Shown here one piece after another: positions 35,823-50,192 of a DNA stretch of 64,000 nt. The stretch is taken from assembly GCA_905178155.1 (NCBI GenBank), contig CAJINV010000006.1, positions 1,179,876-1,243,875 of the forward strand, given 5' to 3'. Numbering within the stretch: the first letter of the stretch is position 1; each line of letters begins with the position of its first letter. This DNA comes from Amoebophrya sp. A120. Taxonomy: Eukaryota; Protista; Dinoflagellata. The position numbers were made by a program, and so were the translations under genes. The notes below the pieces were generated by a model. The model did not search any database and was not told the origin of the DNA. It saw only the letters and a list, made by a program, of their open reading frames with translations.

Positions 35823-36640
35823 TCACCTGTAGCCGCAAATCCTTCGGTCACGCCGGGAAAGACTGTCATGTAGGGCGAAGCCGTCATGTGGGGTAAAATT
35901 GTAAGGGCAGGAGAGGCCCGGGCGTCGGCAAAGGATAATTTTATTTGAACTTGATGGCACCGAATCCCCCGCAAGGCGCAATGATGAATTGACATGAAAG
36001 GATGGCCATTACAACCACTCGCTGGGGCGGGAGAGAGAATTTTCCTGCGTGATACCACTGGGCGAGGACAGTGATGCTCTTCACGGCGGTGCTCGGTCGG
36101 AGGGGTCGAGCGGCGCGAAATGATGTGACAAGCATCATTACTGAACCGTTTTCGACAGCTCTCAGTTTCTCAGCAAAGGAGTTGAATTTCGGAAAATGAA
36201 AAAGAAAATGTGAATTTGTGATGCAAATCCGGCGGCCTGGTGAACAAGCGAAGGTGTTCGGCCGACCGGGAGATGTCCTTCGTCTTCACTTCTTCTTCTT
36301 CGTTCTTCTTCGTTCTGCTCCGGAATTCGCAATGTGAGTGAATTTGCGATACAATTGGGAAAATAAATGCACTGTCGACTGTAGAGATAGTTTGTCATGC
36401 GTGCATGAATGTTGTGCTAAGCTACATCATGACAATTACAATCATATCGTCGCACTTTTGCAATGCATAACTAACAAGGATGGGGGCAAGAAGATGGAGG
36501 ACGCCGCAAAGCCGACGTCTTTTGCGGCAAATATCCTGTGCAAAAGTATCGTACTCGTATGTTAAGTGCAAGTCTTGCATTACAAATCTTGTTCCCAAAG
36601 CAAATCCGCATTACAAATTGTATTTCTCATGCTGAGGAAA

Positions 36641-37321
36641 TTAATATTTACATTGCTTGACTTCCGGGTTCAGGTTCTGGTACGGCATACCCCCGGCGAC
36701 AGGTGACCTCGACAGGTGACCTCGACAGGTGACCCCGACAGGTGACCTCGACAGGTGACATCGACAGGTGGCCTCGACAGGTGACCTTGACAGGTGACCT
36801 TGACAGGTGACCTGGACAGGTGACCTGGACAGGTGACCTGGACAGGTGGCCGCGACAGGTGACGACGACAGGCGGGGCGAGAGGATAAATCACAGGCGAG
36901 GTCAACGCCTGCGCTCATGTCGTTCTTGACGTGAAAAGCAAATATTTGCGACACAGAAAATGAAAAAGATAAAAGCGCAAAAAAAAAAACTGCGACGTCG
37001 CAGAAAATGGAAAATATCAAAGCGCAAAAACACAAAATGCCCCCACACAGAAAGAAGTTTTTGCGCTGCCATGCAAAAATGAAAAAGTGCGTATCTCTGC
37101 AATGCACGCCCAGGAGACGGCTTATATATGATGACGAGGCAGCACCTATTTCATCCTTTTGCCAGTAGCGCTTCGCGCACTAAGCCACCATGCGCGCGCC
37201 TGGTGTGAGGTGAGGGGCGGACGCTGTCCGCCCCGATGGCGAACACCCTTCCCCCACTAGAGCCACTAAGGACGGGCACAAGGCCCCAGCGTGGGGACCC
37301 TGTCCCCACGCGTGGGTCTTG
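36641..37321 (+). mobile_element. Helitron-like non-autonomous element
   Basis: Inserted between A and T of the host GGAAA|TTTGT, no TSD. Perfect 10-bp GC-rich hairpin (37289-37311) 10 nt from the 3' end CTTG. Internal minisatellite. Confidence 0.72.
36698..36872 (+). repeat. 13-bp minisatellite GACAGGTGACCTN, ~13.5 copies
   Basis: Direct inspection. Confidence 0.97.
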
Positions 37322-37413
37322 TTTGTCATGCAATGTATACTAGTACGGTACTTTTGCAATTCATAGCAAAGAAGATTGGGCAACTGTCGCACTACAACAA
37401 GGCGGCGGAGGCG

Positions 37414-37623
37414 TATCAGAAGAAAAAAGTTCGTCACGATCACTCATGCGCACTTTTGCAATACAAAAAATGCCTGTCATGCGTAAAAATGCATCACAGC
37501 CAAACTTCATAGGGGATTCCCCTAATAGTGTTTCTGCAATACAAGGAAAGGCTGTGATGCTGAAAAAATTTGTAATGCAAAATCTCCAGGTTAATGACTG
37601 TGACAAACTTTTTTCTTTCCATA
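37414..37623. mobile_element. TIR introner
   Basis: TSD AGGCG, empty site at ~1,278. Confidence 0.9.
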
Positions 37624-39008
37624 AGGCGGATTTCCTGGACGCGCGGGCCCTGCATCTGTCCCTGAAAGCCTCCGTGTTGCTACGCATCGCAAATATCTTT
37701 GGCTACTTTGGAACAGGAAAAAAAGGCATAAGCGGTTAGTAGAGTTTGTGTCGACGCAGCTCTCAGTCTCATTTCATCTTCTTGGTCGTGTGCTGCCCTA
37801 CGCATGACAACTTCCTACTCCTTGCGAACTCGCAGTCCCCAGAATTCTTCAGCTTCACATCTACAATCCTTCTTCCCCCAGCTGCATTTTTCCAGCGGCC
37901 AGAACACGAGATCCTTTTTTCATGTTTCCACGCATGACAGATCTGGAGGTGACAGCAACCGCGCATTACAAATTTGATATCCTGTCATAGAAAAAGGTAT
38001 TTGCGATTCATAGCAAGTGAGCTTCAACGACTTGGAAGCAGCAAAAGAAACCGTCGCGGACGAGCTGAACTATGCTATTGGAAAATTCCTTTCGATCGAC
38101 GATTTCGATTTCTTTACTGATTCTTGCGCATTCAGGATCAGCATATACATGTTTATTTCCTTACCTTTGCTTGTGCCTGTAAATGTATAAAGCAAATGAA
38201 ATGAATTTCAGAACATCATAAATAGCTCCTGTTTGATTATACCATCCACCAGAGCAATTTTTGCATTGCAAATCCAGATCCAGATCGAGATTGAATATCG
38301 AAGGAATTTTTCCCTAGCATATCAAAGACGAACTCTTCAAGTACCGGGTGCCCGTCAGCGTAAAGCCACGAGTTTTATGCATTGCGAATTTGTGGATGTG
38401 GCGATCATTCTCCGACAGGTGAACATTGTCATGCAAAACCGGCGTACGCCTACGCCTGCTGTGCTCTTTGTAGCACGTGCACTTGTTACCGCGACTTCTA
38501 CTTTCTTGCTTCCTCGAGAGGTAATTGTTTCATCAGGCATATCGGCACCAGCAAGAAGTTGGGAACTGTGCTGTGACTGTAAAGTTTGAATTTGCATCAA
38601 TATAATTCAGAACAGCTCGACACACCAATTATTTCCTTTCATAAGGCTTCGCTTGGTTTTACAAAAGTCAGATGCTGGTCTACCACCTCGCGCAGGACAG
38701 GTCCAAGTATAAGAAATAAGTAAATTTGTTTCTTGTCGTAGTTTGTCATGCAGAATTTGCATTCTAGCAACGCTCTACGAGATAGGAACGGATATGATGT
38801 GCTGTCATTATTTGTTCTCATCGGAAACTAAGAAAAAGAAGTAGTACGAGGTTGATCATGAGGCTCTTTCGACGGACATAGAAGTAGGTAAAACTCGAAC
38901 TCCTTTATTTTCGCGAAAGGACGACGCATAAGAAAAAAGAAATGTAAATCCTTTATTCACGACACAGGTACTACGCCGCGGGTGTGAACTACCTCCGGTA
39001 CACTCCCT

Positions 39009-39175
39009 TATGAATTGCAAAAGTACTATCGTACTAGTAAAGTATAAACTGCATTACAAATTTCGTCAGCATGAGAAACAAAAATTTGTAATGCGGATTC
39101 ACGTTAGGAAAAAGATTTGTAATGCATAAATCTGCTATTACTACTAGTACTACTACGATGCTTTTGCGGTCCATA
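39009..39175. mobile_element. TIR introner, family E
   Basis: TSD tccct/tcgct, empty site at ~2,533. Confidence 0.88.
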
Positions 39176-40556
39176 TCGCTTATCCGAGGTCGATTTCCCG
39201 CTTGTCGACCTGGCCGTCAACCTGGGCATCGCCGCCCTATATCGCCGCCCTATATCGCCTTGCTGCGCTTGATACTGACGAAAAAAAAAAACAGAATTGC
39301 ATGCGCCGCAGTCTCATAGAAGGAGTCGGAAGCATGCCGTCGTAGATTTATAAATTGTTGCTTGTCCTCCACAGCGAATGGAAGATAGTATCGAGCAGAG
39401 CTACTACCTTTTTTGCGAACAACTAAAAGGATCATGAAGCAGCAGTATCGGTAAGATACTAGATGCATGACAAACACAACCAATATAAGAGGACCAAGCG
39501 CAAGCTAGCATCCTCGGGGGTCCATCTCAGGCTAATAATATTGTGCTCGAACCTAATTTTTCACAGCTTCATAGCGGAGGGAAAATACGAGCTCTACGAT
39601 GCTTGTCAAAAAAAGTGGGCGGCTGAGGTAAAAACAAGAAAGAAATTTTGATTTTTCGATTATAAAGGCGGATCTATCGGATGGACACTAAGTACTGTGG
39701 AAAATAATCGAGATCACGACTAAGTCTCATGGCAATAGTACTCTTTCTTCCCTAGAGCTGGAACCACGAATTTGTGATGCATGGTGCAGCTCCTGCTGCA
39801 CGTGTATGTCAACATGTTTTTCTACTATATCCGACCCGATCACAGATTAGCAAGGCGAGTATTTTGAAGGAGAAGGAGGCGGAGATTTACGAAAAATTTT
39901 GGTATCCACATTGAGCAGAAAAAAAATGGGGATTTGCTTTGCAGAAGGTGAAAGGCGGCCGCCTTGGGCGTGATGCATGTGCATGATAACATACAACTTT
40001 GTCATGCTGATAAACTACAGACACGATGCGGTCGCGGACGTCGTCCAGATCAATTTCGGTCTTAACACTGAAAATAATCGCAGTGAAAACCCCAATTGCA
40101 CAGAGCCCGCATGTGCCAAAAGTCAGAGTGAAATACAAAAAATAAATTCCGTCCGAGAAAATAAAGATCATCCAGCAAAAGTTTTCAAGTCCATACTTCT
40201 TTCTCCACTGTCCTGATGGAGTTCGCGTTCCGGCAGCCGAAGGGGATAGGCAAGTGGAAAATTACAGTCTCACCATTCTGGTTGCCGTGGTGGAGTAAAT
40301 TTTAATTTATTGCAGAAGATGAAATTCAAATTCAAAATCAAATTTGCCTGCTCCGTGTCGACGTTAGAAACGGATGTTTGCCGGCTGGCATTTACTTTTT
40401 CTTTCGAACTTCTATGTGGACATCCACCTCAGCATTGAAAAGTCAAAAAGAGAATGACAGGAAGTACGCGAAGAACTCTTGGGCTACTGCTAGTGCTCAC
40501 TTGCATGACAAGTTTCATCTTCTTCACCCAAGCAGCTGGACGGAGCTGCTGGAGAC

Positions 40557-40783
40557 TATGGCGTTCTCAAACGTTACATTCTCACCTGTTACACGATTTG
40601 TCATGCAAAATCAACATCAACATTCACAGAGTGAAGCGACTTCGCATGACAACTTCCCGGAGGGCTAAACAGCATTTAAATCTGTGCGGAATTTGTAATG
40701 CTAGAGCCGCAATTGTCCCCCTTGCTATTCTTGCATTACAAATTCATGTAACAGTTGAGAATGTAACAATTGAGAGTCCCATA
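40557..40783. mobile_element. TIR introner, family A
   Basis: Perfect TSD GAGAC, empty site at ~5,099. Confidence 0.93.
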
Positions 40784-42370
40784 GAGACTGCTGAATGAGA
40801 CTGCTGGTTTTCCACAGGGATAAGCGAAGCGTACGATCCAGCTAAACGAGCTGCGGAAGCTGATCCGGGTGGAAGACATCGAAACGCTGCTGATCAACGC
40901 GATGTATCCTGTGCAAAAACGTCCACACCCCGCCAGAGTTGTCATGCTCCTTTGCAGTTCTTTATAGAAATAATAATGATTGTAATGCGCACCCCCCCAT
41001 GATGATCATGAAGAGGGGCATTCTCTATCGTGTTTTGGAATTTGTAATGCTGGAAACAGGAGAAGGGAATGGATTTGTGGTGCGGCTCTCCTTGCTAAAC
41101 TGCACAACACCAGAGAGATGAACTTGTCATGCGCGACTTCCAAAACTTGCGGACTTGTGTTGCTAAGTTCGCAATTTGGCTATGGGATGGGAACGTTTTT
41201 CCTCAGGATGCGATGTGTGCGGACCTCATCAAGGGAACGATCGACCAGGTGGAGCAGATATCAAATGCAAATACCTCTCAGTCTAGAAGATGTAATGCTA
41301 TGTTGTCGTGCTCGTCTCACATGAGTCTTGAATCTGTAATGCGTGAGCAGGAAATATAAAGCCTTTCGCCTGTCGTGCAAAAATTTAGTTTGTCATGCGG
41401 AAAGCGAAAGCGAAACGCAAAGGAGCCATCCAGAAACTTGTCATGCGTGGCTGCGCATTGCAGTGAACCCACCATTTTTTGCTATCCAGCATCACAAGTT
41501 TCCTCCAGACCCGGACATATTTGCATTCGATAGCAGACCTTCTCTTACCACTACGTCAAGCCGCGTGTGCTGGATAAGACGAGAATCCACGACCTCGAGA
41601 GCAGGGTAAGGGTATTTTTGAAGGATAGTACTTTAGCTACATCTTTATTCCACGAGGACCTCCGCCCTCTTGTTCGTGATGCGTGACATGTAGAAATGTC
41701 TTCACTTTAGTTTCGCACACGCGCATGACAAATTTTCTCACTCTGATTTTGTCTACCGCATCACAAATTTTCGTAGGTCACCACATGGATCGAGCAGCAA
41801 AACGTGGTGTTGAAGCAGTTCGAATATGAATAGTGCAAAAGTATCGTACCTAGCTGAAATCGCATCACAAAGTCGCTCGGCATGTAAACAAATGGAATTT
41901 TTTGTCGTGCTGAATTACGTAATAACCTAGATTTGTCATGCAAAAATATTGCGATTACTACGTGTACGATACTTTTGCAGAGGATATCGAAGAGCTGTAC
42001 GAAAGAGGAAGATTTTTTACTTGTCTTCAAGGAGAAGAAGGATGGACTATTAAGGGCGTCATGCGAATTTGTCAAGAACAGAATTTTTGTCATGCTAGCT
42101 AGGATCTCGATCTCCCGTGAAACAAACGGTGGCGTGCTGCTCGTTGCACTTTGGAGCTTTACTCCTCTATCTCTTTAAAGAAAAAAAATCTACTGCAAGG
42201 TCGGCGGGCTAATGCGCATCAGCAGTTCTTAGAAAAATATCGACCCGTCATTTGTTTTATTTCGACAAGGATCATCTTCTTTCCTTTCATACCCTCACCC
42301 CGGAGTTACTGGTGACGGTGTGATAATAAGTACCAAGGGGCTCCTGAACACGACGACGACGACGACGAAG

Positions 42371-43990
42371 TATAGAGATGAAAATCGTGATCTTCCCGCG
42401 TGTTCTTATCCCTAAGAAAAATCGCGCCATACCGTCGCGATTCGTGGGATTTTTTTATTCTAGGCAAGGCCTGGCGTGTCTGAGGCGAACAAAAGCGCCA
42501 CCGCCCAGGGCTATCCAAAGCCTTCGCCGCGCATCATCCAGAGGGTCGCGCTTTCGTGCTTAGCGCAGCCCCAGCTCATGCGCCAGGGAACGCTCTGCAC
42601 ACTGACAGAATAACCGCCGGCCACTGTGTCCAAGTTCGCGCGCCCGGGCGCGAGCTGATGCCCCACCCAAAGAGCCCCCCCAAGCCGGGGCTACGCCGGC
42701 GGTCGCACCGGGCCGCGGCAGTGTGCGCGCCCACTCGTCTCTCTTTGTGTCAGGCAGCAGATGATGGCCCCTCCGGTGTTGTCTTTGGTGCCTGCGCCGT
42801 GCCGTCGGTCCTAAATTAGGACCGGTGGGGCGCTGGCTCCATAAAATGATATGTATATGGCTAAGGAACCAAGTCCACGAAGCAAAGATGGTGCTTCAGC
42901 TGCGCACGTTCCCGCTCGTGCATAGATAAGAACACTACTGCAGCGACCTGCTGTGGTGTTTTGGGATGAAGCAGAGTTGTAGCTTCGGCTCCAAATGTTC
43001 CCGTTCTCGTTTTCTGTTGTTCTTATCCTCCAACTCCGTGCATAGATAAAGAAGTTCTCATCTATGCACGGAGATGATTGGACGATCAGAATTGAAGCGT
43101 CTCCGCCAGATGTTCCCGTTCTCTCAAACATGCTGTTCTTATCCCTCCTGTTCGTGCATAGATAAGAACACCATTGTTAGGTCGTTACAAACGTGTTCTT
43201 ATCTATGCACCATTTGGAGGATAAGAACAGCATGTTTGCGAGAACGGGAACATCTGGCGCAGAAGATGTCATTCTGCTTCGTGCCAGCACCACCGTCAGG
43301 TCGTTACAAACGTGTTCTTATCTATGCACGGCGTGGAGGATAAGAGCAGCAGTGTTCGAGAACGGGAACATTTGGCGCAGAAGCTCCAACTCTGCTTCAT
43401 GCCAAAACATCAATGCCAGGGCGTTGCAGTAGGTGGTCTTATCTATCTCTCCGAAGCGTTCAAACGAGTACCAGGCGGGAAGCTTTCAAGGTCTTCTGCC
43501 AGTGCGTCCACCATCGCCGCGAAAGCGGCGCCAACGGCGAGTGAGCGGGGCGGTGGGTGGGAGATTGGGTTGCGCTTGAAGAGATCCAAGGGGTCACGAG
43601 GGGCCTGCGCACCAAGTCCGCACGAGCCGGCTTGCGGCCTTTTTTGGGTTGCGAGTACGTAGGGCCCGGGGCCGCGGAAAAGATGCTCGCCTGCGCCGGA
43701 TGGCTGTGCTGTGAGTGCCCGTTGGGCGCGTCGATCTGCGCAGTGGGGGGGCGCTCATTAGTCTAGGTCTAGGTTCGTCGGGGTGCTGAAATGCCTGCTG
43801 GTTCCTCTAGAACGACGCCTGGGCCGCGTGCAAAAACCCACCAGGGGAGGCAACAGCACTTCTACGCAGGCGCGACCATAAAAACTGCAGCGCCTGCGTT
43901 GGCGCAAAAAAAAAGGCAAATCCCGACGGTATGCTGCGAATTTCTTTAGGGATAAGAACAGTGCTGAAGATCACCTATTTCGTCTCTATA
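42371..43990. mobile_element. Copy of the 1,620-bp foldback element
   Basis: Near-identical to 7293-8912, same TSD. Confidence 0.92.
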
Positions 43991-46900
43991 CGAAGATGTT
44001 GGTGGAACCACAGTAGAAGCTGTGAGAGTGAGAAACTGGATGAAACTAGCTTATTGTTCACGACGACCTTCATTATAGCGAAGTTCGTTGGACGAGGAAC
44101 TCGTTCTGATTCTCGGCGTTGAACTAAAAAGAACCAGTTCAGATCTATGACACCAACGGTGCAGCTAGTCAAAGGAAACTCCTCCACCACTGTATCACGA
44201 CCAGCCGATCTAGCATCATTGGGTGAGACAACAAGAGATGAAATTCGAGATTTCAACTTTTATTCGAGAAGGCAAAAACATTTTCACATTGATTCTTCTT
44301 CAAACGGTTTAATATACGAGGAAAGTATCAACAACAAAACTATATGATTTTTTCAAGAAGCTGAGCCTCCTGGTCTGACAAAAAAAATTAGTCCACGAGG
44401 TGGACTTGATGTTCTCAACAATGACGACATCAGTCTTCTGGCCAAAGGCACCAAGTGCAAGTCGTAGAGCGAGTTCCACCTACTTTGATGCCTTTATGTG
44501 TTCTTGCTTCTTCGGTTGATCATGTTGATGACCAGCAGCCTTTTCTTGCGCCGTCGATCGTCACCTACCGCATCTGTTCTCGTTCTTACGTCGTCGTCGC
44601 GTTGACATTTCTGTCTAAGTGCTGAATACCATGCAGAAAGCCAACATTTTAGTGCGTAGGACATTTATACTAATTCAAATTCTAGCTTGAGTGCTGCCTG
44701 CAGCTGCAGCATGATGGCCCTAAGAATAATACCTTCTTGGTTTTTTTTTTGTAATTCTACTCCCGCTTCGGGACTGAAGCAACGGTGTTTTCGCTTTCGT
44801 GGGTTGGAAATTTAGATTTCCTGTGGCTGCACCACACCAGAGCACTCGTACGTCGGCTATGGTGGTGAAAAACTGCATTAGTACGGATGTTGCAAATTCG
44901 AATTAAACGTTTCAGGAAAGAATTGGAAGTGTTGTCGGTGAGTCTGAGTTGTGCAGAGGCAAAGATAATTGACTCGGTCCCAGTTGTGGTTTTCCCGTCC
45001 TCGTGCAGCTCTGCATGGCAGCGTAGTTGTCTTGACAATAGAGTACCCATGTACAACGTTGTGCCCACCTTTCGCTATATATTTCGGTGTAGTTTTTCTA
45101 TTTGTCCCCTCGTGCGCACCTCCTGCAGCTTCTGTTTATTAGTGCCGTCTGGCCCCCCGCCTTGCTCTTCAGGATAACTCACTGTTCATGTGTCGGTTTT
45201 GATATCGTACAAGAACGGCTTATTTTGTTTTCGGTTTTGTCGTGTGAGAACGTGAACGGGCGTTTTTTATCGGTTTTTTTCTGTCGTGGTGGTTTTCTCA
45301 TCGGTTTGGTCGTGCAAGAATGGTGATTTTCTTCTCTTCATCGGTTTGGTCGTGCAAGAATGGTGATTTATTTTTCGGTTTTGATGTCCTCGTAGTCGTA
45401 CACGTACTGCAAGAGCGGTGGTTCTTTAAGTATTCGGTTTTGTCGTGCGACTTACTTCTGTGATGGCGTATTAGTAAGAGTAGCAGTGATGGCGTAGTAG
45501 ATGAAGTAGGTATGCGTTTTCGCTTATTGTTGAAATTTCTTCATCATGTACCTTATCGTCATGGTTCTTCGACAACTTGTTCCTGTTGTCTCCCTCACCT
45601 TTTCCAGGAGTTGCCAAGGATGTAGTGCTGGTCCCGCGCCAGCCATCGACTCCACCCACTTTTTACTTCATGTAAACATAAAACCGAAACGCCGATTTAA
45701 CTTTCATTTGAACTTCTTTTGACCACGTTATAATTGTAATTTGACCCCCACGTCATCCGTATTGAATTCGCTTTCTTGTCTTCTTTTCGCATTTTTACAT
45801 TAACATTGCAGACTTCTACTGATTCGTTGTCCCCCTGAAAATAATAGTAGTACACATTGATCTCCCTATTGCTTTTCTGTTTACAACTGAAGAATTTTGT
45901 TTGACATACATTACTTATCTCTAAGCAACACTTGAACGACTCACTCAACGCACTTATTAACGACACTATTAAAGACCTACGTCGACTGAATTTATTGCTC
46001 TTGACGACCCAATTTAACGAACATTTTGATGCACTACCAGGACACTTTATTTTTACAAATAAGATCATTACACCTCAAGCGAAGAAAAGGGAATCAAGAG
46101 TAAAAAAAGCAAGTACTACAACCTCCCCAAGAGGAAATTTTGTTTTCTAATTTTTCACGTTTAACTTCAATTTTGCATTTTGCATTTATCCCACGCCACT
46201 TCTTGTGAACATCCAGGACAGGAGCCCCAGCACCTTCTGCGACCTGTAAGTACATTCCGTCGTGACGGAGCTGCCCCTGCAACTTGAGATCTACCAAAGG
46301 AAAACGACATCAAAACGCGTCCGAGGAAAAATAAAAAAACGCGCGACCCCTGCAACACCGATCTTCATCTCCAGGGGGAAGCATTTTGGTAGCTGTTACG
46401 CCATGCAAATATCGTCCCTGTACGGCTGGAAGAGTGCAAGGTTTGTAATGCATCTCGCGGACGACCACATCACACATGATCTACATCTACCAGCATCAGC
46501 ATCTGGAATGCACGCAGAAGCATTACAGATTTTGCAAAACCTGCTTCTTGCCTAACCAGCGTGAGAAATCGAAATCCGTGTTTTTCTTTTTAGCAGCAAC
46601 AAGTGTGCACCTTTTGGGTTTCTGCAACACAGATTTGCATTTTTTTGTTGTCGAGACTTCGCATCAGAAAAAGCTGCAACATTCTTCCAGACATCTTCCA
46701 GGGTGGATATTTGCAATGCATAGCAGTAGCACCGCCACAGCTGCTCGTTGCGGCCGCCGCACGACACCCTGCTTCGCTTCGACCCGGCACCGAGATCATC
46801 ATGATGGCCACGAAGAGGAAGATCGCGAAAGCGACGGTATTCGTAATTGTTTTTTATTTTTTCCGATGTCGGATGGAAAAATGTAATTTTTGCAGTGGGC

Positions 46901-49310
46901 TTTTACTTAACTTTGAGTTTGACTTCTTTGTCGCACTTGGAATTATCGCTGTCGCGAAATAACGTTGATGTCCACCTCCACATTGCTCAACTGCATCTTC
47001 TACTTCGATGGGGTAGACAAAAAGAACCGCGCCGGTCGAGCAGGCCCTTGAAGACTAAAGGAACATCAATCACGAACGCTAGAAGGAGTTCTACGCTTTA
47101 CCATTACCTTCGTGCTGAGCCACGACTAGCAATAGCCCCGTTTTCTTAGTCTCTCTGCATAGAAACCGCACGTAAAGTTGATTCCAAATTTTCAAAATCC
47201 TAATCTCAATCGTGTCACACAAGAACAAAACCACGCTGCGAAATAACTACTAGGCACGACTGGCGGTTTTCGTGGTGGCAGGTCGCGACGATTATGGCGT
47301 GAAGATTTTTTGCGCGGGTGTATGGAGAGAGAAACAAAATGTACTTCCATATTGGCGATAACCCATGTTGATGCTGCTACTTGCTTTAGTTTTTCGCCTG
47401 GATGCGCAGCTCCTTGTCGTGTGATGAATTTGTATATTCGCAGATTTTCAGACGGCGCAGACGCTGTACTAACGCGGATCAGTTATTTTAGGAAGCAAAC
47501 TCGTATCTAAAGAGAAAGGCAAGATTTTTATCGCGAAGACGGGACTACTTAAGTACTTTTATCCCACCATACTTTGCTGCGACCGCGGAAGAAGGACTAT
47601 CAACTGCAAATGGCCTCTGTGGATCTTGAACACGGCAGATATTGGTGATCATGCTGCTTTCGCATGTGCTGGCTAAGACGGAGGTTTGAATGAAAGCGAA
47701 CGACCCTCTGTAGCATGACAATTTTGATTGTTGAGACAGCTCCTCGAACGCATGCTCACTCTGCATGAGAAATGTCATGAGCTGCAGCTGGTCAAACAAA
47801 GTGGGAGATCATGGTTATTGCAGCTATTTATATCATATGTACAGCTTTTTGTGTAGACCAGTAAAGCGCATTAGCCTCTGTATCTTCATCTTCACAAATA
47901 AAAACTCGGATCGACTGTTCCAGAGGACCCAGATGTTGGGTATTTGCACTGCATAGCGAGCACCAGAAGGAAACACGTTCGACTATGGTGGTATCAAACC
48001 TTTGCATTTTCGGCTGCTACATGAGTTTGTAATGCAAGAATAGCAAAATTCAAAGAAATTGCCTGGCGGTATCTTGTTGCGCCTCTTGCACTACAAAGTT
48101 GAAACAGGTTCCCATCATGCAGGCCGGCTTCAACATCGTGTGCAGGCTGATGGTAGTTTTGCATCACAAATTCATCTATACAGCTGAGAATGTGACGGTT
48201 GAGAAATCCATATCGGCTATCTCGAAGACGAGAATCCTCCTGGTCCGAAAAAAACGAGGCTCGAAAAACGGCGAGGGAAGAATATCAAGCGCAAATATGT
48301 CTGGACGTCTGGAAACTTGTGATGCCAAAGGGAGACGATGCAAACGTCTCCGAATGCAGCCAATGGCATGACAACTTTGTAGAGCGCCTTCTACTCATAG
48401 TTGTACTCAGATCCCATAAGATAGAAACTGCGTTTTTGATTTTTCATAAGAGAAGAGGCTGCAACTTTTGTTGTTCATGATGCAATACAGATCTCACAGG
48501 GGTGATATAAGACCAGCAAATTATTACAGGTTCGACCTTGTTTCCAGACACCTGCATAAAGAAAACGAGGCTGCGAAAACAAGCGAGGGCAGGAGCTCGT
48601 TCTGCGGGGAAGTCGAAGTCGCCCGCACCGCAGGTTGTGGATGTATCAACACGCAGAAAAATTGGCGAACGTCCTACCATATCAGACTGCGAATTATGTG
48701 TCTGGGTCTGGAAGACGAGGGCAAACTTGTGGTGCATGCTGTGGGTCCTACAGAAATTTGTCTTGCGTCATGACCAGTATCACCAAAAGTGGCCCAGTTT
48801 TGGTCAAGTTCTTGTCAGGAAGTTTCTCACGAAGGAGTAGTGTAGCGGATTAAAGAGAAAAAGGCCTTGAACCCTCTCTGATGCTAGATCCTGGGTTCAT
48901 CGAGGCCTCCCGGGCCATGAAAAGCCTGCATCACAAACCTTGCAATCGTCCAGACCCAGACATATTTGCAATGCATATACCACGACCATGCCTTTTTCCA
49001 CCTGAACGGCCGAGAAATAAAGGCTAAGGCTCGCTTGCAGGAGAAGTAGAGCGCGCATAGTGATGCCTGATGTAGAGAAAGTATAAGTAGGCGGTCTACT
49101 TCCTCTTCGGGTTCGGTCAGATCAGCTATATTAACGAGTGAGGTCCTCTGAAGACATGATCAAGAAATGCAATCAAACAAAAAAAAAAATATCATTAAAT
49201 TATTTTATTGGTCCTCTGAAAACAAAACCTTCCTCCGAGCGTGGTGGTCCGGACCAGGACAATTTTTCAACGCCGTGATAGCAGGAACCACCACCGTTTC
49301 TGGACCAGCT

Positions 49311-49566
49311 TATGGAATGCAAATATGTTTGGGTCTGGGAACTTGTGATGCTGGTTGGCAAATCTTGAGGACGCCACAATTGGCGCTCCAGCATGACAAC
49401 TTTCTGAGGTGCTAAGTGTTGTCTAGTCTGCATGAGAAACTGCGTTTTTGCATGACAATAAAATGCGGCTTTTGGGTGTTGACGTGCATGACAGGCTTCA
49501 GAGTCATGCTAGCCGACCATGACAAATTGCGCATTCTTCCAGACCCAGACATATTTGCAATCCATA
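49311..49566. mobile_element. TIR element, family C-like
   Basis: TSD CAGCT, empty site at ~14,563. Confidence 0.92.
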
Positions 49567-50192
49567 CAGCTGCAAGGGCCACAACTCTCGGCATCTTCAA
49601 CAAACCCGGACTGTATGGAATGTGAATGACGAGAACAAACGGATTGCGGCCACTTCTTGAGTCCATCGTGGTTTATTTGAATTCCAATTAAGGATTTCTA
49701 TGTCAGTCTGCGAGAGTCGTGGCTAGTCCTCGTTCTCGTTGCAGTTGCAGTAGTACTGCTGAGAGTGACTCTTGCTTCTGTCCTTTCGACGTAAAATAAA
49801 CTCGAATGTTCAATTTCTTGAACCCACATCATGTGAAGATCCTCGCGCCGCTGTTACTTCTTCTTACACGGCTGCGTGCCTTTTGGTCATGAACTCCCGC
49901 TCCTGCGCCCGCAGCGGCCGCTTGGATACATGAATCTTCTGGGACAAGGCTTGCTGATGGCAAGAAAGCGTACTTAGAACAAGCTGCATCAAGTGCAGTT
50001 CGTTGTGTAAGACAAGAATGAGAATCTTCAATAGCGAAGTTGAACGAAGAAGTTTCGTTGCTTACTTCACTGTGTGGGGAGATGTTGTAGATGGATGTTC
50101 TGAAAGTTTTAGAGTACTCTTCATATCATGAGGAATTCTGGATTTTTGGTTTTCCGGCGTCGCCCAGGAGAAACCTACCATTTCACAACTAG

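Larger units (their letters stand above)
36532..37365. mobile_element. Family E introner (opposite orientation to 1090-1247) carrying a nested insertion
   Basis: TSD GCAAA, empty site at ~1,071. Confidence 0.92.
36475..42323 (+). pseudogene. RPN9: Second Rpn9 copy, 5'-truncated, with an ~1.05-kb internal deletion
   Basis: Homology to copy 1 starts only at ~36,390, inside an intron. The exons for VAPGEYNFGQLLGMD (copy 1 ~2,600-3,645) are missing at the junction at 39,228-39,259. The C-terminal exons and stop codon are retained. Confidence 0.7.
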
